From: Callorhinchus milii
Taxonomy: Eukaryota
DNA length: 64,000 bases
Assembly: GCF_018977255.1 (NCBI RefSeq)
Contig: NW_024704762.1
Location: forward strand, 8,680,001-8,744,000
Direction of reading: 5' to 3'
Position numbers and translations under genes: made by a program. The stretch's first letter is position 1; each line of letters starts with the position of its first letter. The notes under the pieces are model-generated. The model was not told the origin of the DNA and searched no databases. It was given only the letters and a program-made list of their open reading frames with translations. This document shows, piece after piece, positions 16,241-48,000 of this stretch.

Positions 16241-17884
16241 AATAACAAAGCAACACTTACTTTTCAAAAGGAATGTTTACCCAATGTGTTCTTTTCAATT
16301 TATTGCTGAACTCAAAGCAGTTCACACAACTGACTGGGAACTGAGGAGGGAACCACAAAGCTTATCCGAATAAAATATAGTTAGATTCACTGAGGTCTAG
16401 GAAACGAGCATCAACGAGCAATATGTAGGAATGTGGTTGTTATCGTTTGGCGAAATGTTTTTCGTGGGTAATAATCTGTTCAAAAAAAAAAAAAAAATTT
16501 GCTCACTCAGTCCATGATTGTTTGTGAGACGATGCCGCGTACAATTGACTGCTGCGTTTTTCCTACAAAACATAGTCAATTCACTTGACAGTATATTCTG
16601 TTTAGGCACCTCGGCGATGTGATAAGGCGCTCTATCAAATGCAAGGATTGTTGGTATTACGTTCTGCAGCACTCGGTGCTTTTATTAAATAGTTCCTTAC
16701 TCTGCCACTAAATGGGGCACTTAACTGCAAAATCTCCCTTCAACCAGTGAGGGGACCCAACACTGCACAGCTCAAGCACTTCCACGCCTGTACCAGCAGA
16801 AGGGGCACTTCATTTATTTGCCCACAACAGCTCAATGAATGACTCCAGAGCTGCAGATGAAGTCTTCCCTGGAGTAGGACTGAGGGTAGGACCTCAATAC
16901 TTTGGCCATCAGGTGCCCTCTCTGGTAACAGCACCTCCTGCTCCCAGAAACTAATTGAACTTGCGAAATGCATTGAACATTTAGACCTCCACCAACTGCC
17001 CTGGCAGCAAACTCAGATAACATTAGAGTGGATGGGGAAAAAAAAACAGGACCAAGAGATATGGATGTTGAAGAGCCAGACACAAGCACAGACCAGATGG
17101 ATGGGCCAGATGACCTCCTTCTGCTATTAATGTGTTCTCATTTCTGTCTCTGCCTGACAGTGACTTGTTGAGCATTTGGATCTTCCAATGTTGGTTTGAA
17201 AAAAATGGAATAAATTTGACTCCCATCACTTAGCAATCCAATCGGATCTAACAAGTCACATGTTCTGGTGTCCTATTGGTTGGAAAGAGGTCTTTTAGGT
17301 ATTTTTCAGGTAATCAGAACTTAAATAATAGACACATGTCCCCTTTCCCTCCCCCCTCCCCCGCTTCCCGAATGGACCTTGGAGGCAGAGGACAGGTAAC
17401 TAAACTTAAAAGTTCAATGCAGCAAATAAAACATGACCTAAAAGTAAGAAATAATGGAAAATTAAGTACATTATTCGCTCTCCAAGAGGTCAAGAGAGCA
17501 TTGGGAATGAAGAGAAATAGAGACTAAAAAATTGGAAACGTAGAAATTCTGTTGTTTAGGACTGTTTGAAGATTAAAATTACCAAAAATGACCTCTATGG
17601 TCCTGTTATAGTAATTAGCATAATAATAATTCGACTGTTTTAAGGCATAAGAGATGAAATATAAAATAGCAGGTCTGGGAACTACAGAATTCTCTGGATG
17701 TGTTGTACTGTTGTTTTAAAAATATTTCTAATGGCATAACTGCACATCTTGTGCACATCTTTGTTTTTTTTAAAAAAAGGACAAAAAGTTACCAATGCTG
17801 TAAATTATTTGGAATCAAGTAGTAAATGTAGTAGAACAGGTTTCCCTGGGAAGATGGTGGAATGAAACAAGATTGGTGTCACCT

Positions 17885-18050
17885 GCCTCGGTAGGTAGCA
17901 TTATCCTCTGAGGAGCAGTAGCCTCTGAGTCAGAAGGCTGTGGGTTCAAGCCCAACCTTAGGACTTTGAGTTCACTGTTATGGGTGAAGCCCTAATATGG
18001 TGTCTGGGGAACTGCTGTCTTATGGAGGAGGTATCTTGGAACTATTTGAA
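17885..18050 (+). mobile_element. DeuSINE-like 5' fragment
   Basis: gcctctgagtcagaaggctgtgggttcaagccc head shared with 22905, 46185 and 58575. Confidence 0.6.
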
Positions 18051-18719
18051 TAGTGCTGTTCCCCCCCCCCCCCACCCCCCCCTGTGACTTGGCAAAGAAT
18101 CCTCGTGATTTAAAACAAAACCCAATTTTTTGGCTGTTTTGTGGGAGGTTGTGTCTGGAACATACACTGAACTTGTCAGGACCTCTGATAGCATAAGGAT
18201 TATAATTAAAATGTGGAGATTTGGTATCTTATGGTTACTTCTCTCCCCCCCCCCACCCCCCCTCCCCACCCCCCAGCTCAGCATCGCTACTGTGAAGTGC
18301 TCTGGGACACTACCCTGTGTGAGGGCCGCTCTGTTGTTGTGCACGCGCGCGAGTGGGGGGGTGGAGATGTAATAATAACCCTCGCCTTTGATACCGCGCC
18401 TTATCGCGTCTTCGAGACGTCTCGAAGCGCTTCACGGGATAGACTGCGAAGCGACTCGGCTGTATATCTTGCGGGCAAAGCGCAGAGGGCCAATTGCGCA
18501 CGGCAGCGCCTGCCCCCCCCCCCCTGTGTCCCCACCCCCCCCCACACACACACACACACACACACACAGGAGTGGACGGAGTGACCCAAATTGTCGTATT
18601 ATTATTATTATTATTATTATGAATCACTATCGATTTCAAGTGTGGGAACAAGGGCCGAGGAGGGGAGGTGGGGTGGGGGGGGGGAGGTGGGGTGGGGTGG
18701 GGGGGGGGAAGAGAAACAA

Positions 18720-19005
18720 AAACAACCCGGAAATGGGCGGGTGTTTATTTTTTTGAATGGTGGTGGTGGGGGGGAATGAGTAGAGATGCTCTTTTCCCGC
18801 CAATCCCGGTTTGAATGGAAACGGATACAAGTGGCGGGGGGGGGGGGGCGAGTTCTCGCTGCCGATTGGCTGGCGGCGAGGCGGTGGGCGTGTCCCTGGC
18901 TGTGACGTCGGAGGGGGGCGGGGTTTCAGGGCAGGGAGGGGGCGGGGCGAAGCCGGTGACGTTGCGGGCGGTGGTGGAGGAGGAGGAGAGGATTACGAGG
19001 GGGCG
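18720..19005 (+). promoter_or_regulatory. CpG-island promoter of MAP1S
   Basis: ETS-like ccggaaat (18727), CCAAT 18800-18804, ATTGG 18865-18869, CRE-like tgacgtcg (18903) and gtgacgtt (18956), several GGGCGG boxes upstream of the ATG at 19006. Confidence 0.7.
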
Positions 19006-36721
<17,716 letters not shown>

Positions 36722-39700
36722 TCAGCGGGGGACCACTGGCCACAAGAGACACGGAGGCTCTGCGGGGCGCACTGAACATGCTCGGTGCAGCCTAACATAG
36801 AGCACAGTGGTGTTTTGGTCTGTCCTAGAGTAGGGTTAGACCTTCTGGAGTTGTGTTTATAGTCCTGTGTTTCGGTAAATGCACGTATATCTCAATACTC
36901 TTACGATTATGTGATTTTTTTTAATATATGTAAGTTCCACCCTCGCGACTAGATTCCAAATTTCCCCAATATGCTGTTGAGCCTGGAACGTCAAATCTTT
37001 CCCCCACGGTCGGGGGGGGGGAGGGGAGAGTGGGTGGAGGGGGGAGTGGGTCGATTGTGGAACAAAAAGTTGTAAATGGCCGCCATTTGGACCCTTCATT
37101 CTTTGGAGGGCACCATTTTGTTTCCATTATTGTTTTGTGTTGGTTCTTTTTTGGAATATGTGTGCAGGTTTATTTGAGCTGTCTGGGATGCGGGAGGAGA
37201 GCACGAGAGGGGTTTCGGAAGGTGTTTGTTTGGGTGTTGTTGCATGTGGACATTGGGAGGACTTTTGACGTTAGTAGACTGGCGTTAATTCTGCGTGTAC
37301 CAGTGACTTTAAAAAAAAATCCCTATTTCAGTTGGACAGGTCAATGTGTCAGACCTACGGTGTGCAATGCTATGGAAACACTCCCCTTTTTATTCACAGC
37401 CGCAAGTGGCAAGCTTCGAAATAGACGTTTTTTTTAAAAAAAAATAATCGACCTCAGTTGCCCGTTCCCCAGTTGGCCACAGGTCTCCACCAACCTTTTC
37501 TCTGTGAGTCTATATAACTGTAACTTTGCTGAGAGTCCCAGGTTTAGGATCTGTTATCTCGGCCGGGCTCGTGGTTTCTCTGTAAAGAATAACTTTAAAC
37601 TTGATCGCTGTCGAGTCATCGATCCCATCAACCAACTTTATTTGAATGGTTTCCAAAGGCAGGCAGAGAAAATGTTTCACGAGACCATGTTTTGACCCTG
37701 TTTCTCCCAGGTCCCTGAACAGCACACACTCCCGAGGCTTTAAGAGAAAGGATCACTTGAACCTTTCCACGTAATCACTGCTTCATAGAATAGTCACACT
37801 GTGAATTTTGGGACCTCCTTCCCTTCTGTTGAAATCTTGAATATATCTTATGTATATTCTATAGTGAGTGTATAATATATTATTGCATGCTCTCAGTTTA
37901 AGCCTTTGGGGGGGTTAAGGAGCAGAGTTGAGAAAAGCGAATTCATTTTGCTTTTGTTTTGGATAGCGCAGGTGTTGGTGAGAAGGTGAGGTAGGGGCAG
38001 GATTGTTCAGGGGTATAAGTGAGGTTCATCTTTAACTTTGCTCTGAGACTAATTATTGGCGATTAAAACTGCAACTTGGACTCGCATCAGGGAGCAGAAG
38101 GAAGGAACGGATTCAATTTTTAATCTGGGATCGAATTCTGTTTCTGGGTTGTGTCAGACAGTACAAACCCGAGTCTGGCCACCACAGTCCCTGTAAACCT
38201 GGTGGTAAGTGTCCTTTCACTTTGATGAGGTCACACGCGGAGGCTTTGTGAGATGAAGAAATTGGTGGGATAGGAAGTAGTTGATCGAACAGATGAAGGT
38301 ATAGGGATCAGTAGTGGAGGCTGCAATACTGTGTGTGTGTGCCGAAGAGGTGGAGAAATAACAGGACTGTGCAGTGCAGTGCAGATGCTTTGTTCATGGT
38401 GAGAAACGTTTCCTGTGGAAGGTCAGACTGGAGTTGTTGTTGTTGGACAATGAACAAATATTTTGATGGCTGGATATTTCTGATGAGCAAGTTTTTCCCC
38501 CTCCAGCCATAGGTCAATCAACTGAAAGTCCAGCAATGGGTTAGTCAACTATAAGTCCCTCAACCCCAACCAAAGGGAAGCAGTTGGAACTATATAGTGA
38601 TCGCATCAGATCTAAAGGACTGAATCTCCCAAGAAATGTTTGGGACGGCAGCCTTTCGGGATTGGTTTGCTCAAAGCGTTAGTGCTTGATTTGAACTTTG
38701 AGATGGCCATTTGAAAGGGGATGATAAAGATGTAGTTAATTGGGGAGTTATTGCACCACTGTTTACATTCAGGAGACCTACAGCTTAGGTTAAATTATAC
38801 CAGGTGAGCCTTAGCTATAATCTAGCTGAATTGGTCAGAACACACTCCAGACTAGACAGAATTACATTGAAACGAAGCAACGTAGTTGGAGGCCTAAAAA
38901 GTAACGGCCCCCAATCCAGTCCTTTATTTATTCTCTATAAATTAATATATACATGCCTTTGTTAATTTTTTTTGGTCCGACACTATTTTGTAATAACTAA
39001 AGATAGGGGAATGTTAGTCTCTCGCCCTGGGAATTTTTTTTACGAAGAAATAAAATAAGAAAAAAATTTGTTTTTAATGTGAGATTATTCAGTATTGAAC
39101 ACTAATTGTTTCTGGGCTATTTTGTTCTGTAGGGGAAAATGAAAGATGCTGTGAGTGCGTGTGTATGTGCGTGTGTGTGCGCCTACGTGTGTGTTTGTTT
39201 TTTTTTCCCAATTTATATTTTATAATGAAGTTTGGCAACATTACTGTATTTATTCACAATGAAAAGTGTATGTTTAAAAAAAAAAACTTGATGTAACTGA
39301 CTTGACAGTTTGTGCCAATCATGAGTGGAAGGTTAGCCTGGTAACGGAAAATGGAGCTCTGTGATGATAGATGGACCGAGTGCTAAGAAACGACCACGAA
39401 GGGCGCCAATAAATGAGCCGGGCGGTCAATCTATCTGAAGCCTAGTAAGATTTTTTTTTTGTCTTAAATTCAATTGGGATCTGTTTCTCTACCCCTCCCC
39501 CCCCCCCCCCCACCCCCATTCTCAAAACATTGATGTTTTTCCAATTTCAGACTGAATTTCAGAACGTCCCAAAATTGTGCACAATCATAAATTTAAGGCC
39601 GTGTTTTTGACGGCCTAAAACCCGGTAGCATTTCTGGGCCTTGTCATTCAAATCACACAACAACCTTGGCTTAAAAACATGATTGACTACTTTGGGGTGT

Positions 39701-40121
39701 GGTTTGGGCTCTGGGTTTGAAAGGTTGTCTAACAGGGGAGGATGGTAATGAAATGTTGGCTGTTGATTGATCCCTTGACCCATGTTTTGAGGGTTATGGC
39801 CAATGCTGTGGGACATGGTCTGAGTTGACATCAGGAAACCAGTCTCGCTTCTCACTTTGCCCATTTCCCTGTCTCTGGTTCTTTATTGAAAATTATATTT
39901 CACTTGGATTTGAGAATAACCTGCATGGAACAAGATGATTGCTTGTGAATCCACTCGCCTCCCCACCACTCCCCCCCCACCCCTCCGCTCCCCACTCCCC
40001 CATGCAGAAGTCTAGGCTGCTATTTCTTATTTACTATTAAAGATTGTGTATACACACTGACTGCTATAACTGCTGGCACTACTGTTATTATATAATTTCT
40101 GGCTTTAAGATGGACTTTAAC

Positions 40122-40127
40122 AATAAA
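40122..40127 (+). terminator. Candidate distal polyadenylation signal of MAP1S
   Basis: AATAAA with downstream GT/T-rich sequence at the end of a 3.4-kb SINE-free stretch; alternative AATAAA near 39049 and 39408. Confidence 0.5.
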
Positions 40128-40227
40128 ATACTTCAAAATAATAGAAGGGGCTTTTAGTGGTTTTGTTTACCATCCACATTCAAAGATTTGATGTAGTTAA
40201 CATTGAAAGTTCTCTGTACTTTCCTGC

Positions 40228-40320
40228 CTCACTCACTCACTCACTCACTCACTCACTCACTCACTCACTCACTCACTCACTCACTCACTCACTCACTCAC
40301 TCACTCACTCACTCACTCAC
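40228..40320. repeat. (CACT)n microsatellite
   Basis: About 23 perfect tcac units. Confidence 0.95.
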
Positions 40321-40683
40321 ACCAGCTTCCAAAGTGAGTGAATTCCAGAATTTTCCAGCGTTCTCAGTAATCGGATAAGTCTGGGTGACATTTCGGGCCA
40401 GGGATGCAGGAAACTCCCTCGTGTCTAACCAGGTGAGTTTTGTGCTGTTGTGTGAAGCCCTTTTCTCTTTGGAAGCTCAACCACTGACTTGAACTTTTAG
40501 AGACAGTTCACGTCCCCTCCCACTGCGGCTGTGAGACTCAATATACACTTGACAAGTCTTGAGACTAATGTACAAGCACTGATTGGCATCTTTACTTTAC
40601 AATGCTCTGATCCTTTGCTTCTTTAAGCGCTCTGGGATGCTACCCTGCGTGAGAGGTGCTATATAAGTTGTTATTGTGGGTGG

Positions 40684-40911
40684 TAATAATCCTTGCATTT
40701 GATATAATAATAATAATCCTTACATTTATATAGCGCTTTTCACGTCGGGAGGACGTCCCAAAGCCCTTCACAGAACACACTGTAAAGTGAATTGACTGTA
40801 TATTTGTGGGCGAACGCGGCAGCCAATTGCGCACAGCAATGTCCCACAAACAGTCGTAGATTGAAAATGACCAATTTTATTATTGTTTTTGGTTTTGGAG
40901 GGTTTATTAGG
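40684..40911 (-). mobile_element. Young SINE, 5'-truncated, with duplicated tail
   Basis: Body near-identical to 16021-16240; two taataatcctt(g/a)cattt tails in tandem. Confidence 0.88.
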
Positions 40912-42177
40912 TAGAGGATTATAGGTAGAGAGGTGATGCCCAACAGTTTTCCAGCCTTGCTCACATCTTGACTTGCACTGTGCACCTTGACATTTTTATT
41001 GTAAGAAAATGAAATCAAAAGCGCTGCAGTCTTTGTGCCTAAAGCATTTAGATTTTTTTATAATTTTAAACGATTGATTGGAACTCGCACCGCACGTTCA
41101 GGATTTGACGAGTTGTGTTGAAATGACGCGTGTTCTGTGTTCTCTCTTGACCGAAGGTTAACCAAAATCTTCTTCTGCGCCCCCTTTTAATCGGGGGGAG
41201 GGGGGGTGGGGTGGGGGGTCATGTAACGAGAGGAGGTGAAGGAAGGAGTGAAACCTTAGACAAGTTTCCTTACTCCATACACCTCTGTTTACGTAGCAGT
41301 AAGTAGGAACCCGGTTATGAGTCAATGCTCAGGTCGCTTTCCGAGGGTAACCATCCCTCAAAAAAACATTGCTCGCTCAATCCATGACTTACTGTGCGCA
41401 ATTAATTGGCTGCAGTGCGTCGCCCACTAAATACGCATTCAAGCCATTTTACAGCGTATTCTGTGAACCGTTTCGAGACGGTTTCAACGACGTGATATTG
41501 TAAGGAAGGTGCCAGCGACGTTGCCATTTTGCTGACTCGTCTGTTTTGCAGCGAGGAAGGACAGGATGGAGCTGAGAGGAAGGGCTGGTCCCCAGAGGTG
41601 CTCAGCTGACGCCGCAGCTGATTTACAATTGGCCGCAACCCTCGGCGAGCGGGGATGGGGTGAGTGGTTGCTGTGGTAACTCTCGGATAATTTCTCACAT
41701 TTTCTGTCGCTGTGGGAATTGCTTTGTCGAGAGATTCCGTCTTTCACCATCCAGGTTTGCATCTGATGCACAACAGCATAGAAAGCGCACACACACACGC
41801 ACACGCACACGCGGTGCTGTGCACCAGTCAGTTTAACTCTTGGGAGACTACAGAGAAGTTCCGCTCTCGCGCGTTAACGATCTGCTGCTGATTATTGAAC
41901 ATTCTTTGTTTGTTTTTTCCAGTCCGTTCCTGTATCGGTTAGTGATGAACTAACAGCATTAAACCGTGTACGACACGTGTGTTAACAGAATTGCTAACAT
42001 ATTAAAAACATAGGGCTAACAGAATCCAGGGTGGTTTTGATGCAGAGCACAGGATGCAGCGTAACACGGCTTCGGATACATTGTTCTCGTCTTGGGATAC
42101 GTTGTAATCGATGTTCAGTGCAGCGCAACAACAAACACACAATGTAGCTCTTCAGTGTAAATAAATACTGGTAACAT

Positions 42178-42376
42178 NNNNNNNNNNNNNNNNNNNNNNN
42201 NNNNNNNNNNNNNNNNNNNNNNNNNNNNNNNNNNNNNNNNNNNNNNNNNNNNNNNNNNNNNNNNNNNNNNNNNNNNNNNNNNNNNNNNNNNNNNNNNNNN
42301 NNNNNNNNNNNNNNNNNNNNNNNNNNNNNNNNNNNNNNNNNNNNNNNNNNNNNNNNNNNNNNNNNNNNNNNNNNNN
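42178..42376. other. Assembly gap followed by TA-rich low-complexity DNA (to about 42620)
   Basis: N run then (TA/TG)-rich simple sequence. Confidence 1.
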
Positions 42377-43305
42377 TATATATTGTATATGTGTATATAA
42401 TATACATGTATATATATTGTATATATGTATGTAATATACATGTATATATATATCATGTAGGGATATAATATCTATAGGGTATATGGTATATAGGTATATA
42501 TGTGTATGTGTGTATATATGTATATGTATTATATGGGGATGTAATATATAGGGATGTGATATATATAGGGATATTATATATAGGGTGTATAGTATATGTG
42601 TATTGTGTGTGTGTGTATATAGAGGCCACAGAACAATTTCTCCAAATTCAGTAAATTTTTCTGCACAGAATGGAAACCCCATCGAAGGAAACCCAGAGCC
42701 CACCTTCAGACACGAGTGCCAACTGGTGGCCGACGAGTGCAGTGATCGGATCTCAGCATCACAATGTAAATAAGGGGCTTTTATTTTCATTCACAGCTAT
42801 CAATCCGACCCATCCAGAATAGGCAGCCTGGCTGCTTGGGAGCGGAGGAGCAGTGAGATTCGCTCTGGCAGATGCACAATCTATTTGGTATCAATTAATA
42901 TTCATAGTATTACAAATTAATAATTTGGTCACTCAATCCACAACTGTTTGGGGGACGCTGCTGTGCGCAATTGGCTTCCAAGTTTCGCCCACAAAATATA
43001 CAGCATATACTGTGAAGCGCTTTGAGACATTTAGAAGACGTGAAAAGCGCTATATCAAATGCAAGGATTATTATTATTACAGTGTAATAATAATAATTTA
43101 CTGAAGCGCTTTGAGACGTCTGAACGATGTGGACACAGCACTTTTCAGGTTGGGAGGATGTCCCAAGGCTAACACCCGAGCATCTGACCAATGAATTAAT
43201 AACCAGAATCAATTCCAGGGATTGGTATTTTTATGTAATTATAGAACTGCTTTGTTTTTACATTTTTAATTTACATTGAGAATGAAAGGTATTTGTGGTG
43301 CAATA

Positions 43306-43319
43306 ACGCCCCCTGCCGG
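43306..43319 (-). promoter_or_regulatory. CTCF-like motif between MAP1S and FCHO1
   Basis: Reverse complement reads CCGGCAGGGGGCGT. Confidence 0.35.
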
Positions 43320-43984
43320 GCACCTTCTGCAGCGTGATACGCAGAGCCAGATGTGAAGGTACTTTTTTCCCCAGAGAGAGACCTCTCCACGATCAGCGGT
43401 CTTGTTTCTCAGAGGCTCGATACATGCGTCGCTTCTCCCACTCCCCTTGCCCTGATAGAAAACCCCCAAAGAAATATCATCGCGGTGAGAAGCCAAATAA
43501 GGTGCATTGCCCGAAGGCATCCTCACAAGGACCACAGTTTCTTTTAAGTTATTTGTTTTCAGCCATGGCAGATGTGGCCTTATTGCTCTTGGCTAGGAAT
43601 GGGAAATTAAATCACTTCTGATAGCTGTCTGCTGATCAAGTGTGTGTGAGAGATGACAGGAATTGGAGTTGAGATACAGATCAGCCATGATCTGATAGAA
43701 TGGTGGACAAGCTTGAGGGGCTGAATGACCTCCTCCTGTTCCTATGGACTGGACTTGGCTGAGGTGGCCGCTCAAGAGTTGGGTGTCTCTCCCTCTCCAG
43801 GCTGACACAAGAGGAATGATGATTTGAAGAAGAACAGTGGAGAGCATCCAAGGAGCTGCATCCCAGCTTGTGTTGGCACCACAGGAAACAGGAGGTGTAA
43901 ACTGGAGGTGTTAAATCTTTGTTAACTGTTAAGTTTCACAGTAGCTATCAAAGCCTAGTCATTGAGGTTTTGGCTTGCAGGGTT

Positions 43985-44665
43985 ATAATAATAATCCTTG
44001 CACTTGATATAGTGCCTTATGTCTTGAAGACGTCTCAGAGGTCTTCATAGAATATACTGTAAAGGACATTGTATATTTTTTTGGTGGGTGAAAAGTGGGC
44101 CAATTGCACACAGCAGTGTCCCACACAGAGCCGTGGATTGAGTGATCAATTTATTACTATTTATTTTTTTGGAGGGAATTATTCCCCCCAGAAAAGTGAT
44201 CCACTAATCGACTAACAATCGAGCCAATTGATACCGGAGGCCCTAACTGGCATAGTGTGTGTGGTTAAAGGATACAAACACCTCCGCACCAACTATCAAC
44301 AACAATAATAACAATAATCCTTGCATTTGATATTGCGCTTTATCACATCATTGAGAGACATCTCGATGCTCTTCAGAGAATATACTGTATCATAGAATTA
44401 TAAAGCACAGAAGGAGGCCATTCGGCTCATCGTGGCTGTGCCGGCTCTTTGAAAAGAGCTTCCAAATCAGTCCCACTCCCCCGCGCTCTCCCCGTAGCCC
44501 TGCAAACCTGTCCTCCACAAATAATTATGTCAAGCGCTTATGACTGTGTGTTTCGTGGGCGAAATGCCAGTGGCAATAATTTAGAGAGAGTAAAGTCATA
44601 ATAATAGTAATCCTTGCATTTGATATAGCGCTTTTCACGTCGGGAGGACGTCCCGAAGCGCTTTT
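43985..44665 (-). mobile_element. Nested cluster of SINE 3' parts with an inserted CR1 3' end (44390-44530)
   Basis: Three taatccttgca(c/t)ttgata tails; catagaatt..cacagaaggaggccattcggc is a CR1 terminus. Confidence 0.75.
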
Positions 44666-44739
44666 AATTCAAGAATACAAACCCAGTTGAGTAACGCTCA
44701 GCCCAGAAGAGTGGCTGTGCCTTTAAATAACCAAACGAG

Positions 44740-45042
44740 GAGGCGGGACACTCCAGATTGGCACCTGCGCTGCCCAATGAAACGCGAGGACCGGGAGCCG
44801 TTCCCCAATGGGCGATCCGCAGTGCGCCCGAGCGACAGGCCAGGGGGGACCAATCAGCGGGCGGCAAGGCCTGGAGGGGGTCCCGCCCACTTGACTGGCG
44901 GGCGGAGCGGCCAATGGGAGGAGCCGGTTGCCGGTCCGCCCGCCCTGGGGCGGGGAGTGGCCAATGGGAGCGCGGGGGGGAGGCGGGACCTGGGCAGCAG
45001 CGGCTCGGAGTTGGGGTCCAGTTGCAGCTGCAGCGACTCGAG
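44740..45042 (+). promoter_or_regulatory. CpG-island promoter of FCHO1 with six CCAAT boxes and GC boxes
   Basis: ATTGG at 44757; CCAAT at 44774, 44805, 44850, 44911 and 44961; multiple GGGCGG upstream of the ATG at 45043. Confidence 0.75.
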
Positions 45043-48000
45043 ATGCAACATTTCGGGGTCAGCTTCTGGGTAGGTGTCTGGGGCTGGGGGGGTGCATGGG
45101 TGGGCATGGCATGGCATGGCATGGCATGGCAATGCACATACAGGGGAGAGGATAATCAATGGGCATCACCCCCCCCACACACACACACACACCCTCACAC
45201 ACACCCTCACACACACCCTCACACAGGGTTATCAGTGGGCATTGCATTGGAGCTGCAACTAGTGTGCAGCCTGCATCAGCCTCCTGACACCGGCCGCCCC
45301 GCCGCGGGCAGGCTGCCCACATCTCGGACTGACCCACCGCCTTGGGATGTCCCGTCGATGCCAACGGCGCTCTTTGCCAATGTGATTGGTTGCGGTGGTG
45401 GCGGTTGGGCGTCTCTCTCTCTCGCTCTCTCGCTCTCGCTCTCTCTCTCTCTCTCGCTGCAAGTTTGCAGGTGCAAACGGCTGCTCTCTCTCTCTCTCTC
45501 TCCCCTGTTGATACCTGCAGTAAGGTGTGGGGGGGGTGTGTGTGTGTGTGCGCGCGCGAACCGGACGGTTCGTGGGCGCTACCCCGTTACAGTGTGTAAA
45601 TCGCCCCGGTTTGTAACCGCGCTGCCCCGCTTTATTAAGCGGAATTCATCAGCGTCTGCACCGTACACCCCTTCGCGAATTCAACATCAGGAAGCCCGGT
45701 GGTTAGAGAGATCTGCAGAAATTGCCGTTTGTTTGACATGCACAGATAGATGCGTATAGTGTTACAGCCTATTCATTTGAAGTTGTGTGTGTGTGTGTGT
45801 CTGCACGTGTGTGTCGTACGGGAGTAATTGGACCTGCAAACAGACAGCTTATTTAGAGTGACATGTCGGAAATATTTTTGGATTGCCACAGAAAGGGATT
45901 GTGCAAATGACCTCTTTTGCGCCGTCAATCGGTGGAGGGACATCTGTGAATAGGCTTTGGAAAAAGTGTGCCAATGGCGGGTGTGGGGGGTTGGTGGGAA
46001 GGGAGGATGGGGGAAATAGGCTGGGTGTACTGTTTAGAGATTTGTCTATAAAATACTGCCCCTGTAGGTGTTTTGCACCTGGGATGTCGATGGAAATGTT
46101 AGGTGAAATAGATCCGTGACTGAGCTTTGTTGTGCCTGTTGTGCCTGCGGTGCTTGAGGTGGGCGGGTGTGGGCGACAGTCTGCCTGGCTCAATTGATAA
46201 CAATCTCAACTCCCGAGTCAGAAGGTCTTGGGTTCAAGCTCCACGTCGGGACTTTCAACTCACAGCCTAAGCTGACAGTCAAATATATTGCTGGAGGGTT
46301 GGGTGCATTGCATTGTCAGAGGAGCTGTCCTTTGGATGACGCTTTAAGCCGAGGTCTCACCAGCTCGTTCAGGTGGGCAGTAATGACCCCATGACACTAT
46401 TCGAAAAGAGATGGGAGTTTCTCTCTCCTGGTGTCCTGGCCAACAATACACCTGGTCACTCACAGTGTGGTGGTTGTTTGTGGGATATTGTACCCAATGC
46501 GAAAGGCATTTTATCAAATGCAAGGATTATTGGCCTTGCTCCCTCCTTCCCCTCTTTTAGATCACGACTGAAGACCTTCCTCTTCGACCGCGCTCACTGT
46601 CACCTCCTCTCCCCACCCCCTCGGCCCGGTGTCACGCTCCGCCACTGTTCCACTCTCCGAGATGTTGCCCCGCATGATGGGCGCTATATAAATGCAAGTT
46701 GTAGTTGTTTATTACCCAGTGCAGACAGGGCCTTGCTTACAGTCATTGCAGAATACAGCACTCACAGCTCCTATTTTCTGGTGATCACTTGACTGAAGCT
46801 GCGCTGATTACACCATATTCGCTTGTTCCATCCGTGCCCACTGCCAGTGCATGTTAATTGTGTGGAGCGTCTGTGCTGTTGGCACAGAGCACACCACTCA
46901 CTCTTGGCAAATAAAGTCCCAAAGTATCTGTGTGAAATTCCCCAGTATTATATTAAAGTGTATAATGAGCTTCCCTGTTGCTTTCATATATGTGGTGTGG
47001 CACATTCAGCTCAGACGTGCTCGGAGCTCTGTGTTGTGGTCGCTGATTTCAACTGGGGCAGCAATTTTCCTCAACACCCATGGGCTAGAGTCTTGTAGTG
47101 TAGAGCACTTGCCTCACAAGCAAGTAGACCCAGGTTCAATGCCTGGGCAGGGTGAAACCTTAGGCAAGTTTCTTTACTCCATACTCTGTTTACCTAGCAA
47201 TAAGTAGGAATCTGGTTGTTAGTCGATTGGGGGATTGTTTTTCCGGGGGTATCAATCCCTTAAAAAAATAATAGTTTGGTCCAAGACTGTCTGTGGGATA
47301 CTGCTGTGCGCAATTGACTGCTGTGTTTCGCCCACAAAATATACAGTCAAAGCACTGTACGTTTTATTCTCTGTGAAGCGCTTTGAGACATTTCAACGAT
47401 ATGATAAGGTGCTATATCAAATACAAGGATTATTATCATTTCTCTAGGCTTTCTGTCTAATATTCCTGTTTGTGTCATTCCTGTTTGCAGAATGTTGTAG
47501 GAGTAGGTTAGCTGCTCCGCCTGCCCTCATAATAAACAGTCACTTCGCTTCAAAGTAACTCACAGAAGGAAGTGTGCGAGGATGTTTTGATTAAATAAAT
47601 GCAAACTGAAAACGTAAACCTATTGATGGTATCAGATGATGGAAACAATTGTGATATTCAGGTCATCTACATAAAATGCATTCATAGATAAATCAACGGA
47701 ATTTAATGTTGAGATAATGTAAGATGATAAAAATTGTTACTAATTGCCGCCCCTTCCTCCTCTTCTCTCCCCTACCATCCCAACAGGGGCCCTAAATATA
47801 CAGGCCTGAGGACGTTAGTTCAAGAATATTAGCAAATTTGAAATGTACACAAGTTGATAGATTGGGCCCCTTTACAGCTCTTTTGCTGGAGGTTTGTAAC
47901 ACACCCAAAACCACAGAAATCGTTGCCGTACTGCGCTCGGGATACATACACTACAAACCACTACAAAGGCTTTAGCAGCTGAGAGCTAATAATCCTTGCA

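Noticed and set aside
44758-45759. 333-aa ORF over the FCHO1 promoter
   Set aside because: GC-rich island plus microsatellites; only MQHFGVSFW is homologous coding sequence.
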